The translations under genes were made by a program, and so were the position numbers. From the human T2T-CHM13v2.0 reference genome, Homo sapiens: a DNA stretch of 64,000 nucleotides. Under the pieces are notes generated by a model that was given only the letters and a program-made list of their open reading frames with translations, was not told the origin of the DNA and made no database searches. Below are positions 14,173 to 28,611 of this stretch, one piece after another (within the stretch, counting starts at the first letter, position 1; the number at the start of each line of letters is the position of its first letter). The DNA lies in assembly GCF_009914755.1 (NCBI RefSeq), contig NC_060947.1, one strand, 5' to 3'.

Positions 14173-14406
14173 ATTCAAAATAATATGCTGGAGGCTACGG
14201 GAAGCTACTGAAGGATTTTAAGAAGGGAAGTGACATAATTGAATTTGCATTTTAGAAAAAAAATTACTCTGTGTCCATTCATTCCTTCAGGATATATATG
14301 CCAAGCATTGACCTTAGAGCTGGAAATTCAGCACTATTTTGAGTGGATTAGCTGAAACTCCCTATTCAGTATTCATTCAATGAACATTTATTGCATTCCA
14401 ACTTTG

Positions 14407-14778
<372 letters not shown>

Positions 14779-16210
14779 TAATCCCACACTGATGGCTATG
14801 TTTTTAATGGAGTCAACCTTTGTTGTCCAGGACAAATAACTGTTAAGAATCTTCTAGCATACTGTACTCAAAGTCCTTAGCACTATCAGGCTGTTGGCTC
14901 AAACATGAAAGGTTTTTTTGATGTAGTTTTGTAGAATTGTTATTGCAATGGTATTTGCTGTATTGGAATTTGACCCACAGTACAAGTTATAGTACAAGAT
15001 ACCAATCAATATTGTTTTTTGTTAATGAACAACATAAGATGTACAGCTTGCCAAATCTAAACTTTAATATTAGAGATTATAGGATCAGTACCATTTTTTG
15101 CTAACATATGCAGAGGATTGTCCTTTGGTGACTGAAAAGGAAAACAATAAATTCCTACTTATGTGGAGTCTCTGTCTTTTTAATAATAGTCAGTGTCTTA
15201 TTGGAACTCACAAAGACTTGGTGTGAAGAGCTCTGACAAGCTAGTTAGCCTATTTTATGCTTGTTTTATTCTTGCTTCCTATATGCAAACATAGTGAAGG
15301 ACAGCGGGCAATGAGCTCGCACTTCTATTTTAGCGATTCTGGGTTACTCGGGCTGCCTCTAATCTACCAAGCCAGGATTATTATAAGGAAAATAACCAAT
15401 GTAGCTAAAGATAAAGTCATCACTTCCCTAACTCAATTCCTTTGTAGCTGCAGGAACACTAAATTTCATTCAGAATTCTAACTCCCAAAAAGCTGGGTAA
15501 TCTAAGACCCTTAATGGTTTTCTTATAGCCTCATAGGGTTTGGCAGGTGCCCTGGACATCTGGCAGATTCCCTGAGAGAACAAAAACTCAGAAGCTACCA
15601 AAGATTGAAATACTCCCTTCAATACCCACCAACTAGGGGAGCTTATACAAGACCGTGGGTTTCTTTCTACTTTGTTCTTTTATTTACATAATAGCAATGA
15701 TAATATCTTTGTTGTAGAATTACTCGGAGGATTAAATACAAGAAAATATTTACAGTACCTAGCACTTAATAAACTCTCAATATATATTAATTTTCCCCAC
15801 TCCCTTCTGGGTTACTAAGACCCCTATAAAATGCAAATTTATTTACATCACAGTAGTCACTAATATTTTTGAAAAGTTGAGTTAATTGAATTAGGAAGCC
15901 TGTTATAAAGAATAAGCCCTGAGTAAAGAGGATGTGTATTATGTTCTCTAAGGTATGTGAAGTGTGTGAAAAGAAGGTCCAAAAAAGGAGGGCTTGCTTG
16001 AGATGACTGATATCCAAGAAGATAGTACACCCTAGCTGTCAGAACCATTGACTTTAAGGGCTGAAGATATCATAAAACTATCCATTTTGCAGATGAGGAC
16101 ACTGAGGCTAAGTTCGGTGAAATAACTTGCCTAGGCCTTAGAGTTAGAACACTAGCAAGGCAGGATTGAAACCTAGTGAATGAGAGGCTTCAAAAAGAAA
16201 GAAAACAATG

Positions 16211-16395
16211 TGGACACAGGGAAAAGGTGAGGGAGAGCATTAGGACAAATACCTAATGCATGTGGGGCTTAAAACCTAGATGACGGGTTGATGGGTGCAG
16301 CAAACCACCGTGGCAAATGTATACCTATGTAACAAACCTGTACATTCTGCACGTGTATCCCAGAACTTAAAGTATAATAATAAAAAAGAAAGAAG
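16211..16395 (+). mobile_element. 5'-truncated L1PA 3' end
   Basis: L1 3' UTR (ggggcttaaaacctagatgacgggttgatgggtgcagcaaaccacc...cccagaacttaaagtataataat) plus A-tail; TSD GAAAACAATGTG at 16201-16212 and 16396-16407. Confidence 0.9.
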
Positions 16396-16788
16396 GAAAA
16401 CAATGTGAAGAATGAAAGCAGGATAGGGAAGGAGGGAGCGCTACAGCTCAGGGTGAAGTCTTGTATCCCCTTTGCCTCTGTCCCCTTAGTAGTAAATATT
16501 TCTCGGGGTGAATCAGTAACATCCCTCAGCCTCTCATACAGAAGTGCCAGAGTGTGATCTGGCTATTCTGCCATTAAACATTCAAGATCCTCTACAACCA
16601 TGAACATAGAAGAATGATTTATCCTTATGTTCTTGCTGTATCAAAGACTCTCAGAGATTTTCAGAGACATGCCTTTTCCATACTGATCAATGAAGATGGG
16701 TCACCAGAAACATCGTAGTCAAAGTGACAGTTTTTGTACTGCCTTCCCAGATAATTTTACAGACTGACATGAATTTGAAGCAACAAGC

Positions 16789-17059
16789 TTTTTTTTTTTT
16801 TTTTTTTTTTTTTTGAGGCGGAGTTTTGCTCTTGTTGCCCAGGCTGGAATGCAATGGCACAATCTTGGCTCAATTCTCCTGCCTCAGCCTCCCAAGTACC
16901 TGGGATTACAGGCATGTGCCACAACGCCCAGCTAACTTTTTTTTTTTTTGTATTTTTAGTAGAGATGGGGGTTCACCAAGTTGATCAGGCTGGTCTCAAA
17001 CTCCTGACCTCAAGTGTTCCACCCACCTCAGACTCCCAAAGTGCTGGGATTACAGGCAT
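16789..17059 (-). mobile_element. Alu (AluSp/Sq-like), slightly 5'-truncated with an internal deletion
   Basis: Poly-T, gctcttgttgcccaggctgg; ~29 nt missing in the right arm; TSD GCAACAAGC at 16780-16788 and 17060-17068. Confidence 0.92.
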
Positions 17060-17129
17060 GCAACAAGCATTTTTATGAAGACCCTGCCTGAATAGCCATT
17101 CATTCCAAGGGGACTTGAATTTGAATAAT

Positions 17130-17580
17130 ACCTCCACACAGATGACTCTCAAATCTGCATCTCTAGCACATACTTCTTCCCTGAATCCCATACTTTCATC
17201 CAACTGCACTCTTTGTGACTTTACTGGGATGTCTAACAAGATTTCAAACCTAACAATTCCAAAACAAAATTATTGCTTCCACCTTTACCCCTCTACCATC
17301 TAACTTGATCCTTCTACCATTTTCTCAATTCTATTCACCTTATCCACCTTGGACTCATCCTGGGCTCTTCTCTTTCTTTCCCACCCCATACCCCATTCAT
17401 CAGCAAACCTGGTAGTGCTACCTTCCAAAAATACCCAGAATCCATGTACCTCTCATTGTTTTCACTGAAAGCTTCCTGGTTTAGAATCACCATTATTTCT
17501 CATTTGAATTATTGCAATGACTCCCTCTGCTTCAATAGGTACTCTTACTCTCTGTTCTCCACTCCGTGGCTAGAACAATT
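17130..17580 (+). mobile_element. L2 LINE fragment
   Basis: gatgactctcaaatctgcatctctagc...ccaactgc...ggatgtctaac resembles the L2 3' region. Confidence 0.65.
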
Positions 17581-17619
17581 CATCTCCTTTCTTTCCCCAA
17601 ATGAGTTTACTTAGAAAAC

Positions 17620-18115
17620 TCCCTTGAAAAGACAAAATCATAGAGATGGAGAACAGATTAGGGGTTGCTAGTGATTCAGGAAGTAGAATGGGAGATTGGA
17701 TGGGTGTGACAATTAAAGGGTGGCTTGAGATAGTTCCTTTGTGACGCTGGAACTATTCAGTACCATGTATCAAAATAGGGGTAGTTGTTATATGACTCTA
17801 AACATGGTATAAAATTGCATAGAATGACAGACACAGATAAGTGCATGTAAAAGCTGGTGAGATCTGAATAAGGCATAGATTGTGTTAATATCAATTTCCT
17901 GGTTTTTATATTGTGCATAGCTATGTAAGATGTGAGATCTGAATAAAGCATAGATTGTATCAACATCAATTTCCTGGTTTCCTGGCTTTGATATTACATA
18001 TAATTATGTAAGATGTAACCATTAGCTGAAGATGAGTGAAGGGTACTCATGATCTTTCTTAATACTTTTGCAACTTCCTGTAAGTGTATATGTATTTCAA
18101 AATAACAAGTTTGAA
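17620..18115 (+). mobile_element. Old L1 (L1MC-like) 3' end with an internal 75-bp tandem duplication
   Basis: tagagatggagaacagattag...tttgcaacttcctgtaag...tttcaaaataa; duplicated unit starts at 17857 and 17932. Confidence 0.7.
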
Positions 18116-18288
18116 AAATACTGCATATACACGGCATTCCTCAAGACTACGGATTTTCTGTTTCTTCTACCTGGAATGCTCTTTCCCCAAATATGTAAAT
18201 GGATAATTTCTCCCCTTCCTTGAGATTTCTGTTCAAATGTCACCTCATAGAGGTCTGCCCAGAGTGTCATACATAAAATATCAATTTT

Positions 18289-18374
18289 GGCTCGGCACAA
18301 TGGACCATGTCTGTAATTTCAGCACTTTAGGGGTGGAGGCAAGCAGATCGCTTGAGCGCAGGAGTTAAGACCAG
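18289..18374 (+). mobile_element. Truncated AluJ 5' fragment (duplicate of the start of the AluJ at 20371)
   Basis: ggctcggcacaatgg...gatcgcttgagcgcaggagttaagaccag, joined directly to THE1 internal sequence. Confidence 0.85.
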
Positions 18375-19904
18375 TGGTACTGAGGTAGTGAGGTACTGCT
18401 ATAAAGATACTTGAAAATGTGGAAGCAACTTTAGAACTGGGTAATAGGCAGGGGTTGGAACAGTTAGGAGGCTCAGAAGAAGACAGGAAAATGTGGAAAA
18501 GTTTGGAACTTCCTAGAGACTTGTTGAATGGTTTTGACCAAAATGCTGATAGTGATACGAACACTGAAGTCCAGGCAGAGGTGGTCTCAGATGGAGATGA
18601 AGAACTTATTGGTAACTGGAGTAAAGGTCATTCTTGCTATGACTAACAAAGAGACTGGCATCATTTTGACCCTGACCTAGAGATCTGTGGAACTTTGAAC
18701 TTGAGAGATGATTTAAGGTATCTGACAGAAGAAATTTCTAAGCAGCAAAGCATTCAAGAGGTCACAGAGCATAAAAGTTTGAAAAATTTGCAACCTGACA
18801 ATGCAGTAGAAAAGAAAAACCCATTTTCTGGAGAGGCTGGCTGTAGAAATTTGCATATTTAACAAGGAGCCCAATGTTAATAGGCAAGACAATGGGGAAA
18901 ATGTCTCCAGGGCAAGTCAGAGACCTTCATTGCGGCTCCTCCCATCACAGACCCAGAGGTCTAGGAGGCAAAAATGGTTTCGTGGACCAGGTCCCCCCCC
19001 CAACCCCACCACTGTGTGCGGCATCAGGACTTGGTGCCTTGTGTCCCAGCCACTCCAGCCATGGATAAAAGGGGCCAAGGTACAGTTCGGACCATTGCTT
19101 CAGAGGGAGCAAGTCCCAAGCTTTGGCAACTGCCACGTGGTGTTGAGTCTGTGGATACACAGAATTCAAGAATTGAAGTTTGGGAACCTCTGCCTAGATT
19201 TCAGAGGATGTATGGAAACTCCTGGATGTCCAGGCAGAAGTCTGCTGCAGGAATGAAGACCTCATGGAGAACCTCGGCTAGGACAGTGTGGAAGGGAAAT
19301 GTGGGGTTGGAGCCCCAACACAGAGTCCCCACTGGGGCACTGCCTAGCGGAGCTATGAGAAGAGGGCCACTGTCCACCAGACCCCACAATGGTAGAGCGA
19401 TCAACAGCTTGCACCACGTGCCTGGAAAAGCTGCAGACACTCAATGCCAGCCTGTAAAAGCAGCCAGGAGAGGGGCTCTACCCTGCAAACCCACAGGGGT
19501 GGAGCTTACCAAGACCATGGGAACCCACCTCTTGCATCAGTGTTACCTGGATGTGAGAAATGGAGTCAAAGGAGACAACTTCAGAGCTGTAAGATTTGAC
19601 TGCCCTGATAGATTTTGGACTGGCTTGGGGCCTGTAGCCCCTTCATTTTGGCTAATTTCTCCCATTTGTAATGGGTATATTTACCCAGTGCCTGTGCTTC
19701 CATTTTATCTAGGAAGTAACTAACTTGCTTTTGATTTTACAGGCTCACAGGCAGAACAGACTTGCCTTGTCTCAGATGAGACTTTGGACTTGGACTTTTG
19801 GGTTAATGCTGAAATGAATTAATACTTTGGAGTACTGTTGTCAAGGCATGATTGGTTTTGAAATGTGAAAGGGACATGAGATTTGGGAGGGGCCAGGAGC
19901 AAAA
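18375..19904 (+). mobile_element. THE1(D)-int MaLR internal region, no 5' LTR
   Basis: Starts tggtac...ctgctataaagatacttgaaaatgtggaagcaactttagaactgggtaataggcag; ends in purine-rich tttgggaggggccaggagcaaaa before the LTR; contains the 249-aa remnant ORF 18974-19723. Confidence 0.92.
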
Positions 19905-20292
19905 TGATATGTTTGGGCTTTGTGTCCCCACCCAAATCTCATCTTGAATTGTAATCCTTATAATCCCCATAATCCCCAGGTGTCAAAGGAGAGGCTATGT
20001 GGAGGTAATTGAATCATGGGGTTGGCTTCCCCCATGCTGTTCTCATGATAGTGAGTGAATTCTCCCAAAATCTGATGGTTTTATAAGGGTCTCTTCCCCC
20101 TTTCCTCAGTACTTCTCCTTCCTGCCACCTTGTGAAGAAGGTGCCTCGCTTCCCCTTCATTTTCTGCCATGATTTTAAGTTTCCTGAGGCCTCCCCAGCC
20201 ATATTGAACTGTGAGTCAATTAAACCTCTTTCCTTTATAAATTACCCAATCTCGGGCAGTTCTTTCTAGCGGTATGAAAACGGGCTAATACA
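19905..20292 (+). mobile_element. THE1D LTR (3' LTR)
   Basis: TG...CA termini: tgatatgtttgggctttgtgtccccacccaaatctcatc...ctaataca. Confidence 0.93.
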
Positions 20293-20370
20293 CTCCCTCT
20301 CTTGAGATTTCTGTTCAAATATCACATCAAAGAGGTCTGCCCAGACTGCCATATATAAAACATCAATTTC

Positions 20371-20680
20371 GGCTGGGCATGGTGGTTCATGCCTGTAATT
20401 CCAGCACCTTAGGAGGTAGATGTGGGTGGACTGCTTGAGCCCCGGAGTTCAAGAACAGCCTGGGCAACACAGTGAGACTCTGTCTCTATAAGAAAAGAAA
20501 ACGTGTTAGCTGGGTATCGTGGTACATGCCTGTAGACCTGGCTACTTGGGAGGCTGATGTGGGAGGATCATCTGAGCCCAGGGAGGTCAAGGCTGCAGTG
20601 AGCCATGATCACGTCACTGCACACCAGCTTAGGCAACAGAATGAGACCCTGTCTCAAAAAATATATATAAATAAAAAATA
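20371..20680 (+). mobile_element. AluJ
   Basis: Diverged dimer (gaggtcaaggctgcagtgagccatgatc); imperfect TSD taaaacatca on both sides. Confidence 0.92.
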
Positions 20681-20699
20681 AAACATCATGTTCCTGTCA

Positions 20700-20915
20700 C
20701 TTTTTCCCTATCTTGTTAGTTTCTCTTTTCTTCTTAACACTTTAATACTTCCATTTGAAATACCACATATTTATTTTCTCCTTTCCTAACTTCCCATTAC
20801 TATATGAGCTCCTTGAAAGGACAGCGTTTGTCTGTTTTTGGTTATCCTTGTGCCTATATTAGTATGTGGCACACAATAGTCACTCTACAAATATTTGATG
20901 AATTAATAAATGAGT
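20700..20915 (+). mobile_element. L2 3' end
   Basis: tgagctccttgaaaggacag...tggcacacaatag...aaatatttgatgaattaataaatga. Confidence 0.6.
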
Positions 20916-23900
20916 GAACAGGTAAAGCTAGTAGAAGGAACAGTCATGCAGATTGGCTTAATAGGAAATACAAGTCTGACAAAATCACATTCCTTGGCAG
21001 TACTTAAAAAAACTGGGAAGGAAAAAGAAAACTTGCTCCTGCTGCTTCTGTGATACAAAGAAAAACCTCATTATTAGCAGTTTTTTTAAATAATAAAGTT
21101 GAGCATTACCATGTAGAATGGTATTATGGACAGAACACACCACATATGTATAAAAATAAGTAACTTCCCTGGGAAGAATCAATACAGATAGTCCCTAGAT
21201 TACAAATGAGTTGTGTTCTGCACATTTGAAAGACAGCTGCTTAATGATCTGCTCGATGCTCTCTAAATTTTCTGACCGGGTTCACTTCACCCCTACCTGT
21301 GCATTCAGTCATACTCTATTCCCTGGAATCACCAAACCTGTACCTAACAGAGGAATTCAATGTGGTTACATTTCATAGGTTAGTCCACAAAATAATAGTT
21401 CACTTATAAACGAGCTGAAGTATAGTGTAAATAATGCTGGTTTTAACTCTGCACGTTGTAAGTAATTCAAATGCTTAGAGTTGTATCACATTTAATGGTA
21501 TATTTACCTGAGAAAGGCAATATTAAACGTGCAAGGAAATGTGGGCCTTGAAGTCAAGTACACTTTGAAATCAAACTGTCACTCTGATGCTACCTTTGTG
21601 ATGTTGGTCCAGTTTCTTAACTTCTTGAAGCCTTAATTTCCTCAACTGTGACTTGGAGATGATCATTGAGACTACCCACCAGGATTGTTTTAGGATTAAA
21701 GGAGATAAGTCTTCAGCACAGACTTAGTGTTCCATAACATTACATCTTATTATATTGAGCACTTCCAGTTAGTCTGAGTTACAAATGATATTTTACACAT
21801 CATCGTAAACCAACGGTCTAACAACGTCCCTGATACACGGTTAATGCTAAATATGTGAGGTGAATGAATATTTAACAAGTACATTGATTCACATACTGGA
21901 GAGGGATGAATAGGCATGAAGGACAGGCACGAAGGCCTTTAATGTTTGTGAGCCTATCCATCTATGATGTTTTCCTTTTACCTTCCTCCCATTACCTTCT
22001 AATTCTCTACTCACAGGTTTGCTAAAAGATCTCTCTTCCACCACCACTCCTTGTCCCCACAGTGGGAGGAGCATGAGGGAAATTCAAAAATAAATACCAC
22101 TTATGTAGCATTTTTTGGTTGGAATTTTAGGGTCAATATTTAGTTTTAAAATGTGTTAAATGTACATTTTCATTAAAAAGAAAAGAAAACATGATTTATA
22201 CAAGATAAGCATGACTTCTTCACTGCTGCATCTTTTTGACCTTAGTTTATAGAATCTCAACTGCAGCCTGGGGCCTGCCCCATCTCTGAAGACCGTGCTG
22301 CCCAAAGGATGAGGATATGAAGTACCCTGTTAAAGTAATTCATTGGCATGACTGCTTGGTTTGTCCTGGATTAATCATCTCTCTCAAGGAGATTTTAGCC
22401 CATCGGCCCATTCCTGTGCAAGATGCCTAACCTGATTCCTAGGCTCCCAAGCTAGAATGAAGATACTAGCTACAAGTCCTCCCCAATGCTAGACTAACAT
22501 ACAATTTTGATCTCTGGAATTCTAGTCAATGATCCTACCAATGTGAGCTCTACCTCTTCATGGCCCCTAAACGCTGATATCTGCTTTCAGCCTTACCATA
22601 TAATGCTCTTATGCTCTTCCTCTTGAAACACATGTTAAGAATGACCCATCTTCCCTTTGGAAGAGTTTAAGCAGTTTTCATAATCTCTTTAAAAAAATTT
22701 GACTGGCATCAAATCAAGCTCTGACCAATGACAGTTATAAAAAAAAAAAAAAAAAACCAACAAAAAAACTAAATTCCCTCAGAGAAAACAGGAAAGTATG
22801 GGAGCAACTTTAAGAAAACACTTGGAATAATAACAAACTGTTACTTAATATTTAACCTATCTTTTCCCCGAAGGGCTCAAGCTGATTATTTTCTTGCTTT
22901 TGACGGCTAGTGAAAATAATTGGTTCCTCTCTTCTTTGTCACCTCCTTGAACTATTAAGTTTTCCCTTGATGTTTTCTCATGCATGAATATGCCAGTACC
23001 ACTTACACAGGTCTTGTAAACAAGTTTCAAAAGCTATTAGACCCACATAAATTACACAAAATATGTTTCAGTCCCTACCAAATTTCCTAAAGCCATAGTT
23101 CGTCTGTCCACATCAACCCACTCCCTTCTTTTATTATCCCTGCTTTAGCTACCTTGTCACTCAAATAAACTGTGTAATTCACACCTGCTTTGAGCTGATT
23201 GGTTGATCTGTCCTTGATTGTCCCAGGTGGATTTATTCTCCCTTAAGCTTCAGGTAGGAATCCTGCAGGTTCATACCTGGAGAAGGAGATAAACCTATGC
23301 CTTAAATGCAATGTTCATTAATGGATAAATTCATAACTGGCAATGGTACCAAGAGTTACAGCATCTTCCTCTATTAAAAGCAGAGCAGCCTATGGGATGG
23401 CCAAGTCCTTGAAGGTGACAGGGATTTGACAAAAATGGAGGGTATGAATGGGCTATATTATAGTTAATGATTTGAAATCATTGTTTAGAAATAATTGCCT
23501 AGACAAGATAAGTTAACTGATCTCTACAAACTTGCATTATATATATTTCTCATCACTATGCATAATTTTTATTATAGATTTGTCCCTTGAGGTCCAGAAG
23601 CACAAAGCATTCTCATAGTCCCCCAACAGGCATCTTTCTTTAAGAGACAAAGCAAGGCAATAAAAGGGGGGTATTTTATTTATCGCCCAATTCACAGCAT
23701 TTCTGTCTTGACTCTGAGAAGTGTAAATTCATAACAGGAGGTTTCTAGACATACATATAGAAGGTGATGCTGGTGATCCAAAAAATATTGACAATTGATA
23801 AAGAAATGCTGAAGGAGGTGTCACTATTACTAGAAGTAAAAGTTTTAACAATAACAATAAATGAGGCCTCTTTCTGTGTCCATCTGTCCACAATCCCATG

Positions 23901-24285
23901 CCATCTACCCCTTCTCTAGAGTTGCCATGGAAGAGAAAGTTCCACTACTTCAGTTACGTCATTTCTATTTGGAGGAAAGATGGGGGTCATTTTTTCTAAT
24001 TGAAGAGTGTTGTGACATTTTTTTCCTCGCATTGTTTCATTTCATTTCGACTTATCTTTTTTCCCACTTATAATGTGCATATTATTTTTTGACATCAAGA
24101 TAATGACAATAAAGAAAAAAAACTCACTGTCTTCTCAATTTTAAAAGAAAAAATAGCAAGGAAAAATGATCAGCTAAAGGATTTAATTTTAATGTTGTGA
24201 TAAGCTATTTTTCTAAATGATTTTCCACATAATCTGTGCTTTAGCAAAGATCTTCTCTTTTTTTTCTAGTTTCCATCTGAGATTA

Positions 24286-24701
<416 letters not shown>

Positions 24702-24859
24702 CTATAAGAATAAATGGTAGCTTATTTTTACCTAAACGTAGTAGTGGCTTCATGCCACAGTTGCTAATCTCTGAGCCATCTCACTATCCTTTGTTCAGCT
24801 TGTTAAATGTCTCTATACTTTCGTAACTAGTTCCTCATAGTAAATTCCTTCTTCCAGAC

Positions 24860-25076
24860 CAGTGTTTCCCAACCTCACCACAACTGACATTTTGGACAGA
24901 ATAATTCTTTGTTGTAAGAGACTTTCCTGTGTCCTGTACAGTGTCTACCAATATCTCTGTCTCTACCAAATGAATACCAGTAACACTCCTGCAATTGTCA
25001 CAACCAAAAATGTCTCCAGAAATTGCCAATTTATCCCTCAGCGTGCAGCAGAATCACCCCTGGCTGAGAACCACTG
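24860..25076 (-). mobile_element. MER20 hAT-Charlie DNA transposon
   Basis: TIRs cagtgtttcccaacc...ggctgagaaccactg; internal tgtcacaaccaaaaatgtctccaga. Confidence 0.88.
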
Positions 25077-27262
25077 TATTAGACTAGAAGATCTTTACTT
25101 TTCTGACTGACTCCTAAGTGATATACTCCTTTCAAGCGCATATTTATACCTGTTATATGTAAAAATAAGATTGGAATAAAATAACATCTATCTATCTGTG
25201 TCCCTATAAAATTAGTCATACTGTGGTGATATCTACATCTCTATAAAACTAGTAATATTGGTAAACAATAAAAGCTTATTCAGCAAATGAATATATTGAT
25301 ATGAAAAGATCTGCAAAACCTTGATCTACTTTTTCCAAAATTAATACATATTTTATTTTGTCCAGCTAATATTTAATATATTTTTATTTAATTAGCCATC
25401 ATAGGGCCTTTGAAATAGTTCATACATTATGATGCCTTATATACTAAAGTGAGTAAAATTAAACATCTGTTAATACGGCTGACACAGAAAAACACAGTCA
25501 GATAGGCAGTTTTAGAGAGGAGAAATATACAATAATAGTTCTTCTTTTTCCCACCTCACATTATGAACAGGGAAGTTTTTCCTTAGCACTAACATCTCAG
25601 CAATACGTAAAGATATCACATCCCTTATTTTGTATTTATTAATCCTTCTTTTAATGCTTCTGTTGCTAATTTTTTAATTGACTTTGTCCTTACCGAATAC
25701 TAGTGATAGGATTTATAAAGGATGATTAAGTCATGGACTAATTTAAACTTTGTTGAACTCATATAACAGTGAGTTTCAATGAAATCACACTAAGAATTCT
25801 CTGTAATGCTTTGTTCCAGCTATAAGAAAACAATACCCAATTTCATCTAAGAGATGAAAAATAAAGAAAGTATGTGAAGATAATCATATTCAATAGTTAT
25901 TATATTATGATAATTTGCATATGTAGACATCCTTGAAATGTACATAGACCTTTATTCAAGATCTTTCCCATACATTTCAGAATTCGTTTTTATCATTCAT
26001 ACATTTGATAAACATATTTTAAGTGTAATATTTATCTTATCAACATGTAATGCATACTTAACAATGTGTAATATTGATCTTATCAATGCTACTCTACCAA
26101 AATTAAAAGTAGATCATTAAAGAAAAAAATCAAATTCCTCTTAATGTCATAGAAAAACATTCTTCTCTATTAAGATAAAGGACAACTTAATAAATCTAAT
26201 ATTTTCATAGCTCATATAAAGAAATATAGATAGGATTAGACAAATAGAAGGAACAAATGAAAGCCCAGTAGATTACCAGTGTTTTGAGCCTTAATTTAGG
26301 AAGTTATCAAATATGTACTTATTCATTTCAGGGAATTGTATGGTTTCAGAAATAAGAAAAGCGACAACAAAACGGTCAAATTTGCCTGAATGATTGGTCA
26401 GCTTTGTTCATTCTAAACTTAATAATCCTTTACTAATTCAGCAAAGTCTTATAAAAAATTTATCAGGTCATTGTTCATAATGATATGAGCAAAAAGGAAA
26501 TGGAAATAGATAACAGGTCATATGATGGATTTCATTCAAATGTTATAAGGCATTTTGTGTTAAATATTTGTCATTCATATTACATAGAAATATAATTTAT
26601 GTAGAGGAATGTAATAAACATTACTCTTTTTAAAAACATCAGTTTCCGAATATGCCACAGAATCTTAATTTGATTGAAATGCCCTCCCTCTCCCTTCTCT
26701 CAACAGTGAGTCTTATTTTGTGTTCAATAGCAACTAAATGTTTCCAGACTGTGAAGCCTTTCTCAAGTCCCACAACGGGAGTTATATCTGTCACCTATGA
26801 TCCCACAGCACCCTCTTCATCCTCTATTATAAAATACTACCATTTTAGACTTATACTCTATAGTGTTCTGATTTTGCCCATATGCCTAACTCACACATGA
26901 GATCACTAAGGCCAGAAACCATATGTTATTCAATTTTCTGTTTATGTGGCCAGTTCCTTACAACCTTGCTTATATAAAGAGGACATTCACAACATGTTTA
27001 TAAAATTGAATTCAGCTGAAAATTTTTAATGAGTTTGCACTGAGAAATGAGATAAAACTTGAAGGTATTTGCATGATAACTGAAAAGCTGTGGATCAAAT
27101 CAAAGATCATAGAGGTATCTTGGAATACACCACAGTTTGGAGGTATCAGAATGATCTGGCTAAGTATTTGTTGCAGTATAGGATTTTGTTTTAAGGACAT
27201 TAACTGCTCAATTAAAAAAAAATTGGACTCAATTTTATTTTCAGCTTGTGATACCTGATTTT

Positions 27263-27263
<1 letters not shown>

Positions 27264-27310
<47 letters not shown>

Positions 27311-27311
27311 T
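27264..27311. repeat. (GT)n microsatellite
   Basis: ~20 pure units plus an interrupted tail. Confidence 0.95.
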
Positions 27312-27549
27312 ACTTTTACATTTTCAGCAGCATGTGGCAGGTGGCTTTTTAGGGTACACTATTCCTGTGACCTGTTGACGTGACAAAGAGGTCGTTGGAG
27401 AAAAAAATCACTCCTCATGAGTACAGTAGTATCCCAAGAGAGGCAGATCACACTCACACATGACATAAGAATCAAGTTTTACTGAAAAATCATAGAGGTG
27501 TTTTTAGTAAAGCAATTAAGAAAATAATCTTTTTCTTATATATTTCTGA

Positions 27550-27867
<318 letters not shown>

Positions 27868-28611
27868 TCCTAAAAATTATCTTATAAATAAGACTAATCA
27901 ATTAAAATATTTTAAAGATATTTTTCTTCTAACTATACTTCCAAATATTTATATGTATGCTTTAGGAAATTGAGTTTTTAAGTGAAATATTAAAGACATC
28001 TCATTTTCCTGTTACCTGATTACTGTTCATTCAACCTGTTGCTGTATTGTTCCATTTTTATATGATATACCATAAGAGGCTATGTGTGAATAAGGCAATA
28101 TACATGATGCAGCATTACTTTGTATTCACATTTTCAAGGTGTATAGAAAATTTTTAAAAAGATGTTAAAAAGGTAAATAAGTTCATTGTTAATTGTTATA
28201 GAAAGAGTAGACAAGAGAGAAGACTGAGTCTACATTTCGGCAAAAAGTCTTCATAAAAATTAGAAAATTGGTGAGTAAGTCAATGAAGCATTGTCAAAGT
28301 CACAAACAAAAGGTGACTCCACATTATTATAATTCCCCTGTCAGAAAGTAGACATGGCAAACTTATGACTTCAACCTCTGAAAATGAGGATCACAGAGGA
28401 GAAATAAGACTGGACAACAGGCTTCCAGCTGTGTTTCTAACAAGTATAATTACACTGGTTGGACATTATCATTAACTACATTTCTAATTCTTCTCATAAT
28501 TCAAAAAGTGAGAGAGAAAAAGGAAGGGATAACTCTTTTTGGTGTTATAGTACCTCATTGTAGGTTTCCAAAAACAAGTGACTCCTGACAACAACTGTTA
28601 GCTCTGAAGTG

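Noticed and set aside
23270-23281. Minus-strand donor-like CAG|GTATGA suggesting a pseudoexon
   Set aside because: Such motifs are common, and I could not support a paired acceptor or usage from sequence alone.
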